Part shown: one piece after another, positions 10,485-20,200 of the stretch
Layout: the number at the start of each line of letters is the position of its first letter
Numbering within the stretch: position 1 is the first letter of the stretch
Assembly (NCBI GenBank): GCA_965226795.1
Contig: CBDDDZ010000005.1
Span: forward strand, 672,001 to 736,000
DNA length: 64,000 nucleotides
Origin: Candidatus Latescibacterota bacterium
Lineage (GTDB): Bacteria; Latescibacterota; UBA2968; GCA-2709665
Reading direction: 5' to 3'
Position numbers and translations under genes: made by a program
The notes under the pieces: model-generated
Databases searched by the model: none
What the model was told of the DNA's origin: nothing
The model's input: only the letters and a program-made list of their open reading frames with translations

Positions 10485-10810
10485 AAAGCAATGACGGAGG
10501 AAAGTAAGCCGTCCCCGACCGGAAAGGGAGGGGGCGCCCCGGACTGAAAGCGCCCTTGCGGCATGAACGGCCGAAGTTCCCTCTCGAGCTGCAACGTTGA
10601 ATGCGATTGCCGGATTCAGTCTCCGATCTGGAAGAAGGTGTGGCTGATCTCGCGGCAACCGTTACTAGGCGGCGCCGGTGACTCTCGCCGATAACAGAGA
10701 GGGGCGGTTGTGGCCGCCCGCTAAGCGGCGCCTATCCGGCGCAAATAGGGTGGTACCGCGGAAGGCATCACGTCCTTTCGTCCCTGCGGGGATGAAAGGT
10801 TTTTCTTTTT
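10485..10810 (+). promoter_or_regulatory. T-box riboswitch, Phe specifier (UUC), transcription-termination type
   Basis: Stem I has the AUGA/GA motif, AGUA..GAA S-turn, GGGAG bulge, CUGAAA loop and specifier TTC at 10577-10579. CCGTTA box about 10659; T-box AGGGTGGTACCGCG 10747-10760; antiterminator closes with TCGTCCCT. Directly upstream of pheS. Confidence 0.92.
10774..10810 (+). terminator. Intrinsic terminator of the T-box leader
   Basis: cctttcgtccc-tgcg-gggatgaaagg followed by tttttcttttt; overlaps the antiterminator. Confidence 0.9.
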
Positions 10811-10885
10811 GTCGCCGGGGGTCGAAAACCCGGGGCCGTATCACCTTCCGCCTATCGCAGACCCCCGATTCATGGGAGCATTCAC

Positions 10886-12472
10886 GTGAAACAACCGATC
10901 GACCTGTCGTCTCTTCACGCCCTCGAAATCAAGACGTTGCGCGCCTTCGAATGTCGCGAGGACCATCAGATCACCGATGCCGGCCTTCCGGAAGCCGCAG
11001 GCATCGGCCCCGGCCAGATCCGGCGCGCCGTGGAATGGCTGCGTTCCAAGGCGCTCCTCGAGGTCGTCGGCGAAGCCACGGTCTCGACCGTCAGCCTCAC
11101 CTTATCGGGCGTCGCCCAGGCCGCCATCGGCGCCACTCCGGAAGGCGCGCTATTGATTCGGGCCGGAGAAGACCCCGCACCCACGCTCAAGGACATCCAG
11201 ACAGACACCCGCTTCGACCGGGGAGAATGGGGCAGCGCTTTCGGCGGCCTGAAGGCCGAAGGCACGATCCGGCAGGAGGGCGCCGCCATCCGCATCGCCA
11301 ATCCCGACAGCGCCGCGTTCTATACCGAAAGGCTTGTGCCGGGGCTTTTCGGGCGCTTTCAGGGCGCCGGCGACGAGGCGGTCTTGAGTCTCGGCGACTT
11401 TACGGACGAAATCCAGTCCTATATCCGGGAAAGAACGAGCAAACGCGGCAAGGGCAAGGCAGCCATCCGCGTGGACGAACGCCTGGAACGCACGTACAGC
11501 CTGACGCCGCCGGGCGTCCAGACGCTTCGCAGCATTCTGGAAACCAATCTGACCGGCGAAGAGGTCTCACGCCTCACGCAGGAAATGCTCCAGTCAGGCG
11601 ATTGGAAGAACGTCTCCTTCCGCCGTTACGACATCAGCATCAAACCCCCGCGAATTCTCATCGGCCGTCTCCACCCCTACCGCGCCTATCTCGACGGCGT
11701 TCGGCGCAAACTGCTCTCGCTCGGGTTCGAAGAAATGAAGGGTCCCCTGGTGGAAACCGAATTCTGGAACATGGATGCCCTGTTCATGCCGCAGTTCCAC
11801 GCCGCGCGAAATATCCACGACGCCTATTATGTCAGGGAACCCACCCATTCGAAGGAGAACGAAGAGCCTTTCCTATCGAACGTGGCTGAGGCCCACGCGA
11901 ACGGCGGAGCCACGGGCTCCCGCGGCTGGCGTTACGAATTCAGCCCGAAACGCGCACGTCGCCTGATCCTGCGAAGCCAGGGTACCGCGCTGTCGGCCCG
12001 TACGCTTGCTTCCGGCCCGAATATCCCTGGGAAATATTTCGCCGTCGCGCGCTGTTTCCGTTACGACGACGTCGACGCCACCCATGCCGCGGATTTCTTT
12101 CAGGTGGAGGGTATCGTACTGGGTGAGAGCATTAACTTCCGGAGTCTGCTCGGCCTGCTCAAACTCTTTGCGCTGGAAATCGCCCAGTCGGAGGACTGTC
12201 GGTTTGTGCCGGACTATTTTCCGTTCACGGAGCCCTCGGTTGAACTTCAGGCCAGGCACCCCTCGCTGGGCTGGATCGAATTCGGCGGCGCAGGCCTTTT
12301 CCGGCCCGAACTCACGCGTCCCCTCGGCGTCGAGGTTCCCGTAATTGCATGGGGTCTGGGCATTGACCGTATGGCGATGGTGGCCCTGGGTATTGATGAT
12401 ATCCGCGACCTCTTCAGCACGGACCTGGACCTGATCCGAAACGAAAGAGAAAACAGGCCGACGGCAACGTAA
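10886..12472 (+). CDS. pheS: Phenylalanine--tRNA ligase alpha subunit, archaeal/spirochaete type
   Basis: 528 aa with a long N-terminal extension; GRLHPY, EFWNMDALFMPQFHAAR, RCFRYDDVDATH, YFPFTEPS, AWGLGIDR. Confidence 0.95.
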   Translation: MKQPIDLSSLHALEIKTLRAFECREDHQITDAGLPEAAGIGPGQIRRAVEWLRSKALLEVVGEATVSTVSLTLSGVAQAAIGATPEGALLIRAGEDPAPTLKDIQTDTRFDRGEWGSAFGGLKAEGTIRQEGAAIRIANPDSAAFYTERLVPGLFGRFQGAGDEAVLSLGDFTDEIQSYIRERTSKRGKGKAAIRVDERLERTYSLTPPGVQTLRSILETNLTGEEVSRLTQEMLQSGDWKNVSFRRYDISIKPPRILIGRLHPYRAYLDGVRRKLLSLGFEEMKGPLVETEFWNMDALFMPQFHAARNIHDAYYVREPTHSKENEEPFLSNVAEAHANGGATGSRGWRYEFSPKRARRLILRSQGTALSARTLASGPNIPGKYFAVARCFRYDDVDATHAADFFQVEGIVLGESINFRSLLGLLKLFALEIAQSEDCRFVPDYFPFTEPSVELQARHPSLGWIEFGGAGLFRPELTRPLGVEVPVIAWGLGIDRMAMVALGIDDIRDLFSTDLDLIRNERENRPTAT

Positions 12473-12527
12473 CAACGTCGGAACTGGTATTCGCACGAAC
12501 GCAGTGCGCACGGATGAAGGAGCACGT

Positions 12528-14213
12528 ATGCCCACCATCACCGTCATCAGGAAAGACCTCGAGCGACTCGCCGGTCATACCTACGACCTGCCCGAACTCG
12601 AACGCGCCCTCGAGGCCGTTAAAGCCGAGGTCAAGGTCGAAGACGAATCCCGCTTGAGGATCCAGCTGAAGGATACCAACCGCCCGGACCTCTGGTCGTC
12701 CGAGGGGGTTGCCCGGCTGCTCAAGGGCCATCGGACCGGCCGGCACGACACCTATCCCTTTTTCGATGAACCCCCCGCAGAACTCGAACTCCGCGTCGAC
12801 CCGGCACTGGAACACATCCGACCCTTTATCGCAGCCTTCGCCTGTGAAGGGATTGCGGTGGACGAAGCGGCTCTGGAGCAACTCATCGAAGCCCAGGAAA
12901 AACTGGCCGACGGGTACGGACGCGGCCGAAGCGCGGTGGCAATCGGCATCTACAACGCCGCCGGTATGACTTTCCCCGTACACTATACCGCCGCCGACCC
13001 GGAGGCCGCCCGCTTTGTCCCGCTCGGGATGGAAACCGAAATGAACCTGCGTCAGATTTTGAGGATGCACCCCACCGGCGAGACATACGCACATCTTCTC
13101 GAAGGCTTCGACAAATATCCGCTCATCAGCGACAGCAGGGGAAAAGTCCTGTCTATGCCGCCCGTCATCAACAGCCGGAACCCGGGCGCCGTGGAGGTGG
13201 GGGACACCTTTCTCTTCTGTGAGGCCACCGGCACCGAACTCGACGCCGTGCTGCTCACCGTCGCCATTATGGCCGCCAACATGGCCGATCGGGGCGGCCG
13301 CATCCTCCCCGTTGACACGATCTATCCGTACGACACGCCGCGCGGACGGGAAGTCCGATGTCCTCTGGATATGACCGAACCGGTGGCGGTTGCCCTCGAC
13401 GACTTGAGAAACGTCATCGGCGGCGAAATCGACTCCGGGAAAGTCGAAGCCGCACTGGCCGGCATGGGGTACCGCAACATCACGCTCGACGGCAAACGCG
13501 TACAGGCGCGCCCCGCTCCGTATCGTGATGATATCCTCCATCCGGTGGACATCATCGAAGACGTCATCGTGAGCGTGGGCTTCGACAACTTCGAACCCGA
13601 AATGCCGCACGATTTCACCGTGGGAAAATCCGCGCCCGAGGAAGACCTCGCCGACCGCATCCGCGGCCTGATGGTCGGATGCGGATTCCAGGAACTCTTC
13701 CTCCCCATCCTTTCTTCGCGCGCGGATCTCACGGAACGCATGCACAACGTGGACGCCGCGATTGTCGAGATCTCCAACCCCATGACCGAAAATTACAGCG
13801 CGGTCCGCAACGCCCTGCTGCCCGGGCTGCTCCGGGTGGAGGGGACAAGCCGAAAGGCCGTGTATCCCCACCACATCTTCGAAGTGGGCGAGGTCTCCGT
13901 CATCGCCCCGGACGACGTCTATGGCACCCGTACCGAAATTCGACTCTCCGCGTTGGAAGCCCACGCTGAAGCCAATCTCTCGGGGATTCAGAGCCACCTC
14001 GAAGCGCTGGCCTACTACCTCGGATTTGATTACAGCCTCACGCCATGTGAGCATCCCACCTTCCTGCCAGGGAGGGCGGGCGAGATCCGGGTGGACGGAA
14101 AGATCTATGGCATTATCGGAGAAATCCATCCGGAAGTTCTGGAGAGCTGGGGCATATCCGTGCCCGCAAGCGCGTTCGAGGTCAACATCGATATCGCCCG
14201 GATACAACCCTGA
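12528..14213 (+). CDS. pheT: Phenylalanine--tRNA ligase beta subunit, archaeal/spirochaete type
   Basis: 561 aa from ATG 12528; MPTI, DTNRPDL, LSMPPVINS, YRDDILHPVDIIEDV, GEIHPEVL. Too short to hold the bacterial OB-fold and anticodon-binding domains. Confidence 0.95.
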   Translation: MPTITVIRKDLERLAGHTYDLPELERALEAVKAEVKVEDESRLRIQLKDTNRPDLWSSEGVARLLKGHRTGRHDTYPFFDEPPAELELRVDPALEHIRPFIAAFACEGIAVDEAALEQLIEAQEKLADGYGRGRSAVAIGIYNAAGMTFPVHYTAADPEAARFVPLGMETEMNLRQILRMHPTGETYAHLLEGFDKYPLISDSRGKVLSMPPVINSRNPGAVEVGDTFLFCEATGTELDAVLLTVAIMAANMADRGGRILPVDTIYPYDTPRGREVRCPLDMTEPVAVALDDLRNVIGGEIDSGKVEAALAGMGYRNITLDGKRVQARPAPYRDDILHPVDIIEDVIVSVGFDNFEPEMPHDFTVGKSAPEEDLADRIRGLMVGCGFQELFLPILSSRADLTERMHNVDAAIVEISNPMTENYSAVRNALLPGLLRVEGTSRKAVYPHHIFEVGEVSVIAPDDVYGTRTEIRLSALEAHAEANLSGIQSHLEALAYYLGFDYSLTPCEHPTFLPGRAGEIRVDGKIYGIIGEIHPEVLESWGISVPASAFEVNIDIARIQP

Positions 14214-14254
14214 TCGATTGCGGATGCCCCGGTTGCCCGGTTATGGCAGATAAC

Positions 14255-15613
14255 TCAACTTGTGTCCCCCACGATATCGTAGACCCTCGCGGGATGACGG
14301 TGGTCCCGGACTTTGCTGAACAGCGCTTTGGCTTTCCGCGCCATCCCGGCGCGGCCGTAGAAGTAGATAAGGTTGCCGGCTTCGTTCGGTCTGCCGGTGA
14401 GATCCCACACCTTTTCCTGCATGCCCACGGCCCGTTCCCAATCTCCCAGGTGAAATGCCAGATATGAACCCATCTGTCTGAGTGCGACGTACGCCCAGAT
14501 GGTCTTTATGTCCAGTCCGTACATCGTCTCATAGACAGGATAGGCCTGGTCCCATCGGTTTTGCCGGGCAAGCGACAATGCGAGGTAGTTCAGACACTTC
14601 TGGTCTCTCGGAGCCAGCTCGACCGCGCGCCGGGAAACCACTTCCATGGCCTTGAAATCCCGCTTCCACAGGAACATCTGCGCTTTCGCGGTAAGCGCGA
14701 CGATGTCATCGGAGATCTGCGCAAGCCGGGTATCGCACAACGCCATGCAGTCGTCAACCGCCCTGGCCTGCTCTTGCGGGTCGTCCCGCCGCGCGGTGGC
14801 GAGCGCCAACGCGACCTCTATTGAATTGGGCAGCGCCTTTGCGGCTCGTTTCAGGGTAGCCGTCTCTTCCTCGGACAGGACCCTGATCGGGTCGCCGGTC
14901 GTTCCCAGTTCCATAATCGCGTCGGGATGGTCGGGACATACTTCAAGAGCTTCACTGAATCGTGCCCGCGCCGCGTCTGTCCTCATGTACAATCGATCCG
15001 TCCTTCCCTGTTCAAGGAGACGGGCAATGGTCTCCTCAACGAACCCGTCGGGCAGGTCGTTCCTGCTACTTTCGTCTCGTGCCATGCGGATGACCTCCTC
15101 CTGAAGTTGCTTGCGCGCCCTGTAGAGGCGCTGCTTTACGGCGCCGTGAGTCGATCCGACCAGAGAGGCTATGTCCTGGATGGAATACCCGTCCAGATAG
15201 AGCAGCGTGAACGCCTGTACGCTCTTCCGCGGGAGTCGCGAAAGCAGTTCCTGCAACGCCGCGTTGCGAATGATCGGTGCGTCACCGTGTTGATCCCGAT
15301 CCGTCGCCCCGCCAACCGACTCTATCGTGGCCAGACGCCGGCGATTCTGTCTCAGCCTGTTCAGGCAGATGTTGCGAAGTATCCGGCTGACCCATGACAG
15401 AAAACGGGAAGGATCCTCCAGCGCTTCGAGCCGGATGAACGACGTCAGGAATGCTTCCTGGAGCGCGTCTCTCGCGTCCTCGTCGGCGTGCAGGTATCCC
15501 AGCGCCTGGCGGAAGAGGCGGTTCCCGTGGCGTGTCACCAGGGTCTCGAACGCGGCGAGATTGCCGGAACGTGCGGCGCCGGCCAACCGGGCGTCTGTGG
15601 GCGGTCTATCCAT
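14255..15613 (-). CDS. ECF sigma factor with C-terminal TPR-like extension
   Basis: DARDALQEAF, FLSWVSRILRN (region 2), GYSIQDIASLVG..GAVKQRLYRAR (region 4), then about 270 aa of helical TPR-like repeats. Confidence 0.85.
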   Translation of the reverse strand: MDRPPTDARLAGAARSGNLAAFETLVTRHGNRLFRQALGYLHADEDARDALQEAFLTSFIRLEALEDPSRFLSWVSRILRNICLNRLRQNRRRLATIESVGGATDRDQHGDAPIIRNAALQELLSRLPRKSVQAFTLLYLDGYSIQDIASLVGSTHGAVKQRLYRARKQLQEEVIRMARDESSRNDLPDGFVEETIARLLEQGRTDRLYMRTDAARARFSEALEVCPDHPDAIMELGTTGDPIRVLSEEETATLKRAAKALPNSIEVALALATARRDDPQEQARAVDDCMALCDTRLAQISDDIVALTAKAQMFLWKRDFKAMEVVSRRAVELAPRDQKCLNYLALSLARQNRWDQAYPVYETMYGLDIKTIWAYVALRQMGSYLAFHLGDWERAVGMQEKVWDLTGRPNEAGNLIYFYGRAGMARKAKALFSKVRDHRHPARVYDIVGDTS

Positions 15614-15767
15614 GGTTCAACTAAAAAGACACCGCAGGATGGCGGAAGGTAACACCGGAGGAGAACTTTGGCGAAAGTTGCACACGTTGAAGACGTAAGG
15701 GTGGTGGATTACCCTCGCTACCAAAAGAACCGTCGCGCATCGAAATCCACGTTAACCGCATCGCAGA

Positions 15768-15798
15768 AACGGGTTACGCCAAAACGACGTAACCCGTT
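15768..15798. terminator. Hairpin immediately 3' of tRNA-Leu
   Basis: aacgggttacg-N9-cgtaacccgtt perfect 11-bp stem. Confidence 0.6.
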
Positions 15799-15804
15799 GT
15801 TTTT

Positions 15805-15892
15805 TGGTGCCGAAGGGGGGACTCGAACCCCCACGAGCACAAGGCTCACTGCGCCCTGAACGCAGCGCGTCTACCAATTCCACCACTTCGGC
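15805..15892 (-). tRNA. tRNA-Leu(CAG)
   Basis: GCCGAAGTGGTGGAATTGGTAGACGCGCTGCGTTCAGGGCGCAGTGAGCCTTGTGCTCGTGGGGGTTCGAGTCCCCCCTTCGGCACCA: cloverleaf, long variable arm, anticodon CAG, encoded CCA. Confidence 0.97.
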
Positions 15893-15964
15893 ATTTGATC
15901 CTGAGGCCTGCGGGTAGGAGCCACGCAGACGGGAAATCAAATATATAAAATCGCTATATGGTTG

Positions 15965-16399
15965 TCAAGATTTGTCAGGTGCAAACAGGGACCGGAATCT
16001 CTTGGGCATCCGCTTCGGTCTCCGTGTCGCGTAGTCCAGAAAGGCGATGCCGGTTTTTGCGCGGGCGATTTCCATCCCCGTATCTTTGTCCGAAATTCGG
16101 TAGTAGATGTCGCATCCGATGCGGCTGAGGCCGTCGACCGCGACCTGAAAGGTCAGGGTCTGGCCGTAAAAGGCTTCGGATTTGTACTGGATGACGGCAT
16201 CGACCATAATGATGCCGACCCCTTCCACGTCCAATTCGCTGAAGCCGTGGCTTTCCAGGAAACGCACCCGCGCCTCGTGGACGAGCGACAGGACGGCGTT
16301 GTTGTCCATGTGCCCGCCGTAGTTGATGTCGGAGACACGAAGCCGGATATCGGTTGAGAACACAAAGCTTTGCGGGAGACCGAGCTTGATCCGAGGCAT
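15965..16399 (-). CDS. Hot-dog-fold acyl-CoA thioesterase (4HBT/YbgC-like)
   Basis: RVSDINYGGHMDNNAVLSLVHEAR motif. Confidence 0.88.
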   Translation of the reverse strand: MPRIKLGLPQSFVFSTDIRLRVSDINYGGHMDNNAVLSLVHEARVRFLESHGFSELDVEGVGIIMVDAVIQYKSEAFYGQTLTFQVAVDGLSRIGCDIYYRISDKDTGMEIARAKTGIAFLDYATRRPKRMPKRFRSLFAPDKS

Positions 16400-16540
16400 G
16401 AGGGTGTTGATCGCTATCCTTTTTTGTAATTCCTGCGACGATGAAGCGTGATGCGGCGTCAGGTCAGCCCGGAAAGGAGGCCGGTCGGCGCGGCATCGGA
16501 TCGGCAGTGCGTCATATGGGAGGGTGCGGGGCAGAGATCC

Positions 16541-17230
16541 CTACACCGGTTCCGGGCGGGCGACCAGGAGACCGTCTTCCGGCGTCACGTTGATGGCAAA
16601 AGGGACGCTGTCGATCCTGAGCGCCAGGTCCCGGTCGCCGGGGTGAAAGTGGGGCTGGTCGGGGTCGTCGAATTTTTGGGATTCCGCGGCGGAGCGCACC
16701 AGGCTGCAGACGGCATCCGGATCCGGTGTGCAGCCAAGCAGGAGGTTGCGGAGGTAAAGCGCACAGAGTTCGTCCTCGTCGGTCCGCCCCCGCCCTTCCC
16801 AGCCCATGGCCACGAGGGTAACGGTATCGGGGTTTCGCTTCAATATCGCGCGCGCGGTGGCGGCGGCCACGGTCAGCGAGGCGGCGTAGATTCGCTCGGC
16901 CCTCCCCGCGGCTTCGACGCCCGTGGTCCCGGCGCGGGTGGAGAGGCAGAGGGTTTTGCCCGCCACGTCCGCGCCGCTGAGTTGAAAGGGGGAGTTGCCG
17001 AAGTCGAAGCCATTGGGCCGGATGCCGCCCACCTCACCGGCGCAGAGGTCGCACACACCTCGGCGTCGAAGGGCCAGGGCGTCTTCGATCCGGGCGACGA
17101 AGATGATTTTTTTCGCGTCTCGCTGGAACGCGACCGCAGCGGTCGTGAAAGCGCGGTAAACGTCGATGATAACGACCGTGCCGGACGCTTCTCGGGCGCC
17201 CTGAAGCAGGCTTTTGAGGTGTATTTCCAC
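16541..17230 (-). CDS. comB: 2-phosphosulfolactate phosphatase family protein
   Basis: VVIIDVYRAFTT, AGEVGG, FDFGNSP, STRAGT, EDELCA. Confidence 0.88.
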   Translation of the reverse strand: MEIHLKSLLQGAREASGTVVIIDVYRAFTTAAVAFQRDAKKIIFVARIEDALALRRRGVCDLCAGEVGGIRPNGFDFGNSPFQLSGADVAGKTLCLSTRAGTTGVEAAGRAERIYAASLTVAAATARAILKRNPDTVTLVAMGWEGRGRTDEDELCALYLRNLLLGCTPDPDAVCSLVRSAAESQKFDDPDQPHFHPGDRDLALRIDSVPFAINVTPEDGLLVARPEPV

Positions 17231-17293
17231 GGTTGGGTCCTGCCTCGTCGGGAGAGGCCCTTCTCAAAGACGTGGCGACAGCGAGGTACCGCC

Positions 17294-20200
17294 TCAGGGC
17301 AACGTTAACCGCCAGACGTCGTTTACGACCGGCCACGTGTTCCCCGCGACAACCCAGAGGCTGTTCCGGAAAACGTAGCACGTGGATTCGTGGCGGGGTG
17401 AAAAGCGGGTGTCGGGTTTGAATTCGTGCCACTCCCTGCCATCTTCGGTATACCAGACGTCCCCCAGGTTGACGGAGTTGGCGTTGTCGTACCCTCCGAT
17501 GATCCAGAGTCTGCCCGCGTAGACTTTCGAAATAAACCACATCCGTGGCGACCAGGGCGCGTGTTCGAGTACGCGGGTCCAGTTGACGCCGTCCTCCGAA
17601 CACCAGACGTCGTTCAGGGTCGTGTAGTCCGGGTAGCCCTTTTCGGGCGGGTCGTTGCGTTGGACGATGCGGCCCCCCATCACCCAGAGCCTGTCGTCGT
17701 ACACGGCCACGGAAGCCGCGGACCGCTCCCCGTAGGTAGCGTCGCGCACGGCGGGGACCCAGTCGAGCCCGTCTCCCGTATGCCAGACGTCACTGCCGCT
17801 GCCAAGCTGCCACATCCGGTCGCGGTGGACGACCAGTTCGCCGTAACCTCGCGCCCGGAAGGGGGTTTCTTCCAGTACCCGTGTCCATTCAATGCCGTTT
17901 CGGGAGTTCCAGACGCTCCCTTTGACGGCCCAGATTCTGTCCTTGTAGGCCGCCATTTCGCTGTAGCCGTCGTAGGGCGTGGCTTCGCTCACCAGATACC
18001 AGCTGATGCCGTCGGATGAATTCCAGAGATCCCGGGTGAGGATACCAGAGTGGTAGTAGGCGTTGCTGATCCAGAGTTTGTCCTGAAACACCACGTCTTC
18101 GGACGTGTCGCGCGGCGTGAACGGGGCGTTGTAAACCAGGTTGATCCAGTCGCCGGTTCTGGTGGCGTTGACGTCGGACGTGTTGATACGCAGGCTGGTC
18201 ACGGTGGGGATTTCGACGGTCGCCGGTCCGGTCCATGAGCGCCCGGGAAAGAATAGGAGGCGGCCGCCTTCCGCCGTGATTTCATAACCGGGGTCATCCT
18301 CCAGTTCCAGCTGGGTACCGCCTTCTTCGAGGTGTTGTATGGCTTTGATTTTGTGGCCGTAGGTAAATCCGTCGCCGTCCGTGACAATGGCGGTGAGGCC
18401 CACGAGATCCACGCCGGTTGGTAGATCGGTATCGATGAGGAGCCCGTCGACGTCGTCGCCCGCGGCCTTGCGCATGGTTTTGAGCACGGCGCCGGTACGG
18501 GTGCCCCGGCCGCCGAGCTTTCGGTTGCCCTTCTTGAGAAGCGTGCCCCCGATGAGGATCATCTGTTCGACTTCGCCGTTTCGCTCTCTGACAAAGCCGA
18601 CCCGGCCGCGGAAGCTGAGGTCTCCGGTCTTGAGCGTCCGGTCGGCGTCTGTCGCGGACAGGACGTGGTCGGTAACGTCGCCGGAGACGATTCTGAGCGC
18701 GGTATCCGTGTCGGTGCCGCCATCCAGGTCCGGACGATCCACGCTGCTGATGGCGGGAATGTCGCCGTGGGGTTCCAGGACGGTGCTGAAGAGGGTGGAG
18801 AGGTTCTCGCCGGTCCGGCGATGAACGAGCAACGGCATGGTGATCTCGTCGAGACGGGTGTCATCCTCGTCGGCATTGCGGACGGAGGGCGCCCGGGCGG
18901 TGAAGAGGTCTCCGTCGGGGCGGGTCAGGCTGTGCACGCGGACCGAACCCGCGGGCTTGGCCATGCTGGTGAATGTCGCGCTCCACGGCCGGGTGGCTTC
19001 GGCGCGCCGCACGTCGCGGATGAACGCATATCCCAGGTTGTGGCCCCCGGCGTCGCCCCTGACGCTCTCCCCTGTGGGAAGGGTGGCGGTCACGCCCGCG
19101 GGGAGCAGCGTGTTGCCATGGGGCTCGGCGGGAAGGTCGATTTCGACGGCGCCGTCGTGGTCCGCGTCGCCTGCGAGGATGTATTCGTGGCGATGGCCGC
19201 CGGCAACCCTGAACAGATCGACCACGTAGGTCTGTTCGGACGACAGGCCGATCTGGAGAAGCAGCCTCCGGTAGGTGGACGTGATGCCCGGATAGGCGCG
19301 GTCGCCTGAGGCTTCGATGGCCTGGAACGTGTCGCTGTGCGGGACGAAAAGCAGGAGGTTGCCGTCCGAGGGCGCGTTTTCGGAGCCGAATGCCTGGTCT
19401 TCGCCGTCCACGGCAACCGTATTGTGCGACAGTGTGCTGATCGTCCAGCACCGGTGGCGCGTGTGGGTGTAGCCGATGTCGCTCAGGCGCTCCTGGCCGC
19501 GTGCGTAGAGGGTGAGGCTCAACAGATCGGCATGCTGGTGGCCGTACCCGCCGGAGAAATGGAGGTACGTCTGGGTCTGGTCGTCGCCGCTTCCCATATT
19601 CAGGCGGGCGTGGCCCATACCCGGAAGGAGCATTGGACCGGACGTTTCAGGGGCGTCCCTCCGTTCTCTGGCCCAGGTGTCATGGGTGGGGACCACACGA
19701 CCGTTGGGATAGCGGAGAAGTTCCGGGATGCCCTTTGCCTTTTTCAGAATGGGAAAACGGGCGTTCAGGTCCAGATTGTCGTAGCGTTCGCCGTCAACGG
19801 GATGGACGTATCCGTCCGGGTCGCTGTAACCGTTCAGTCTCGCCATCACCTGCTGCAGCCCGCCGATGGTCTGATTGTGATAGGACACCGCGCCCTCTCG
19901 CCATGTGCCGTCCACGAGAAAGTTTGCGGCGACGAGTTTTTCGACGCGGTCCACGGCGTCGTGGATATAGTCAGGTTCCGCCAGGACCCGCCCGGCGGCA
20001 ACAAGGCCGCGCAGCAGCGTGGGATCCATGTTGCCGAGCGCCGGCGGAAAACCCCGTATAAAGGCCACGCTGGCGTGGAAGAATTCGTCTTCGATGCGCC
20101 GGACCGTCTTCTCGTCCAGTTCCCCGCTGTCCCGGATGAGGTCGTAGGCGTAGATCAGGTTTTCAGGAATGTCCATGTATGCCCACCAGTCCCACTTGGA

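Noticed and set aside
10678..11889. 403-aa ORF crossing the T-box and pheS
   Set aside because: Arg/Pro-rich off-frame translation of the riboswitch and pheS.
12414..14207. 597-aa minus-strand ORF (likewise 29016-30698, 39510-40694, 26771-27979, 19337-20698, 4575-5975, 61916-63466)
   Set aside because: Shadow ORFs lying antisense to, or in another frame of, well-supported genes, as expected in high-GC DNA; no recognisable motifs.
6800..15892. Genomic island integrated at tRNA-Leu carrying pheST
   Set aside because: No integrase, and I could not find a direct repeat of the tRNA 3' end; base composition looks like the rest of the window.
16541..17230. Coenzyme M biosynthesis
   Set aside because: ComB homologues are widespread on their own; no comA, comC or comDE in the window.
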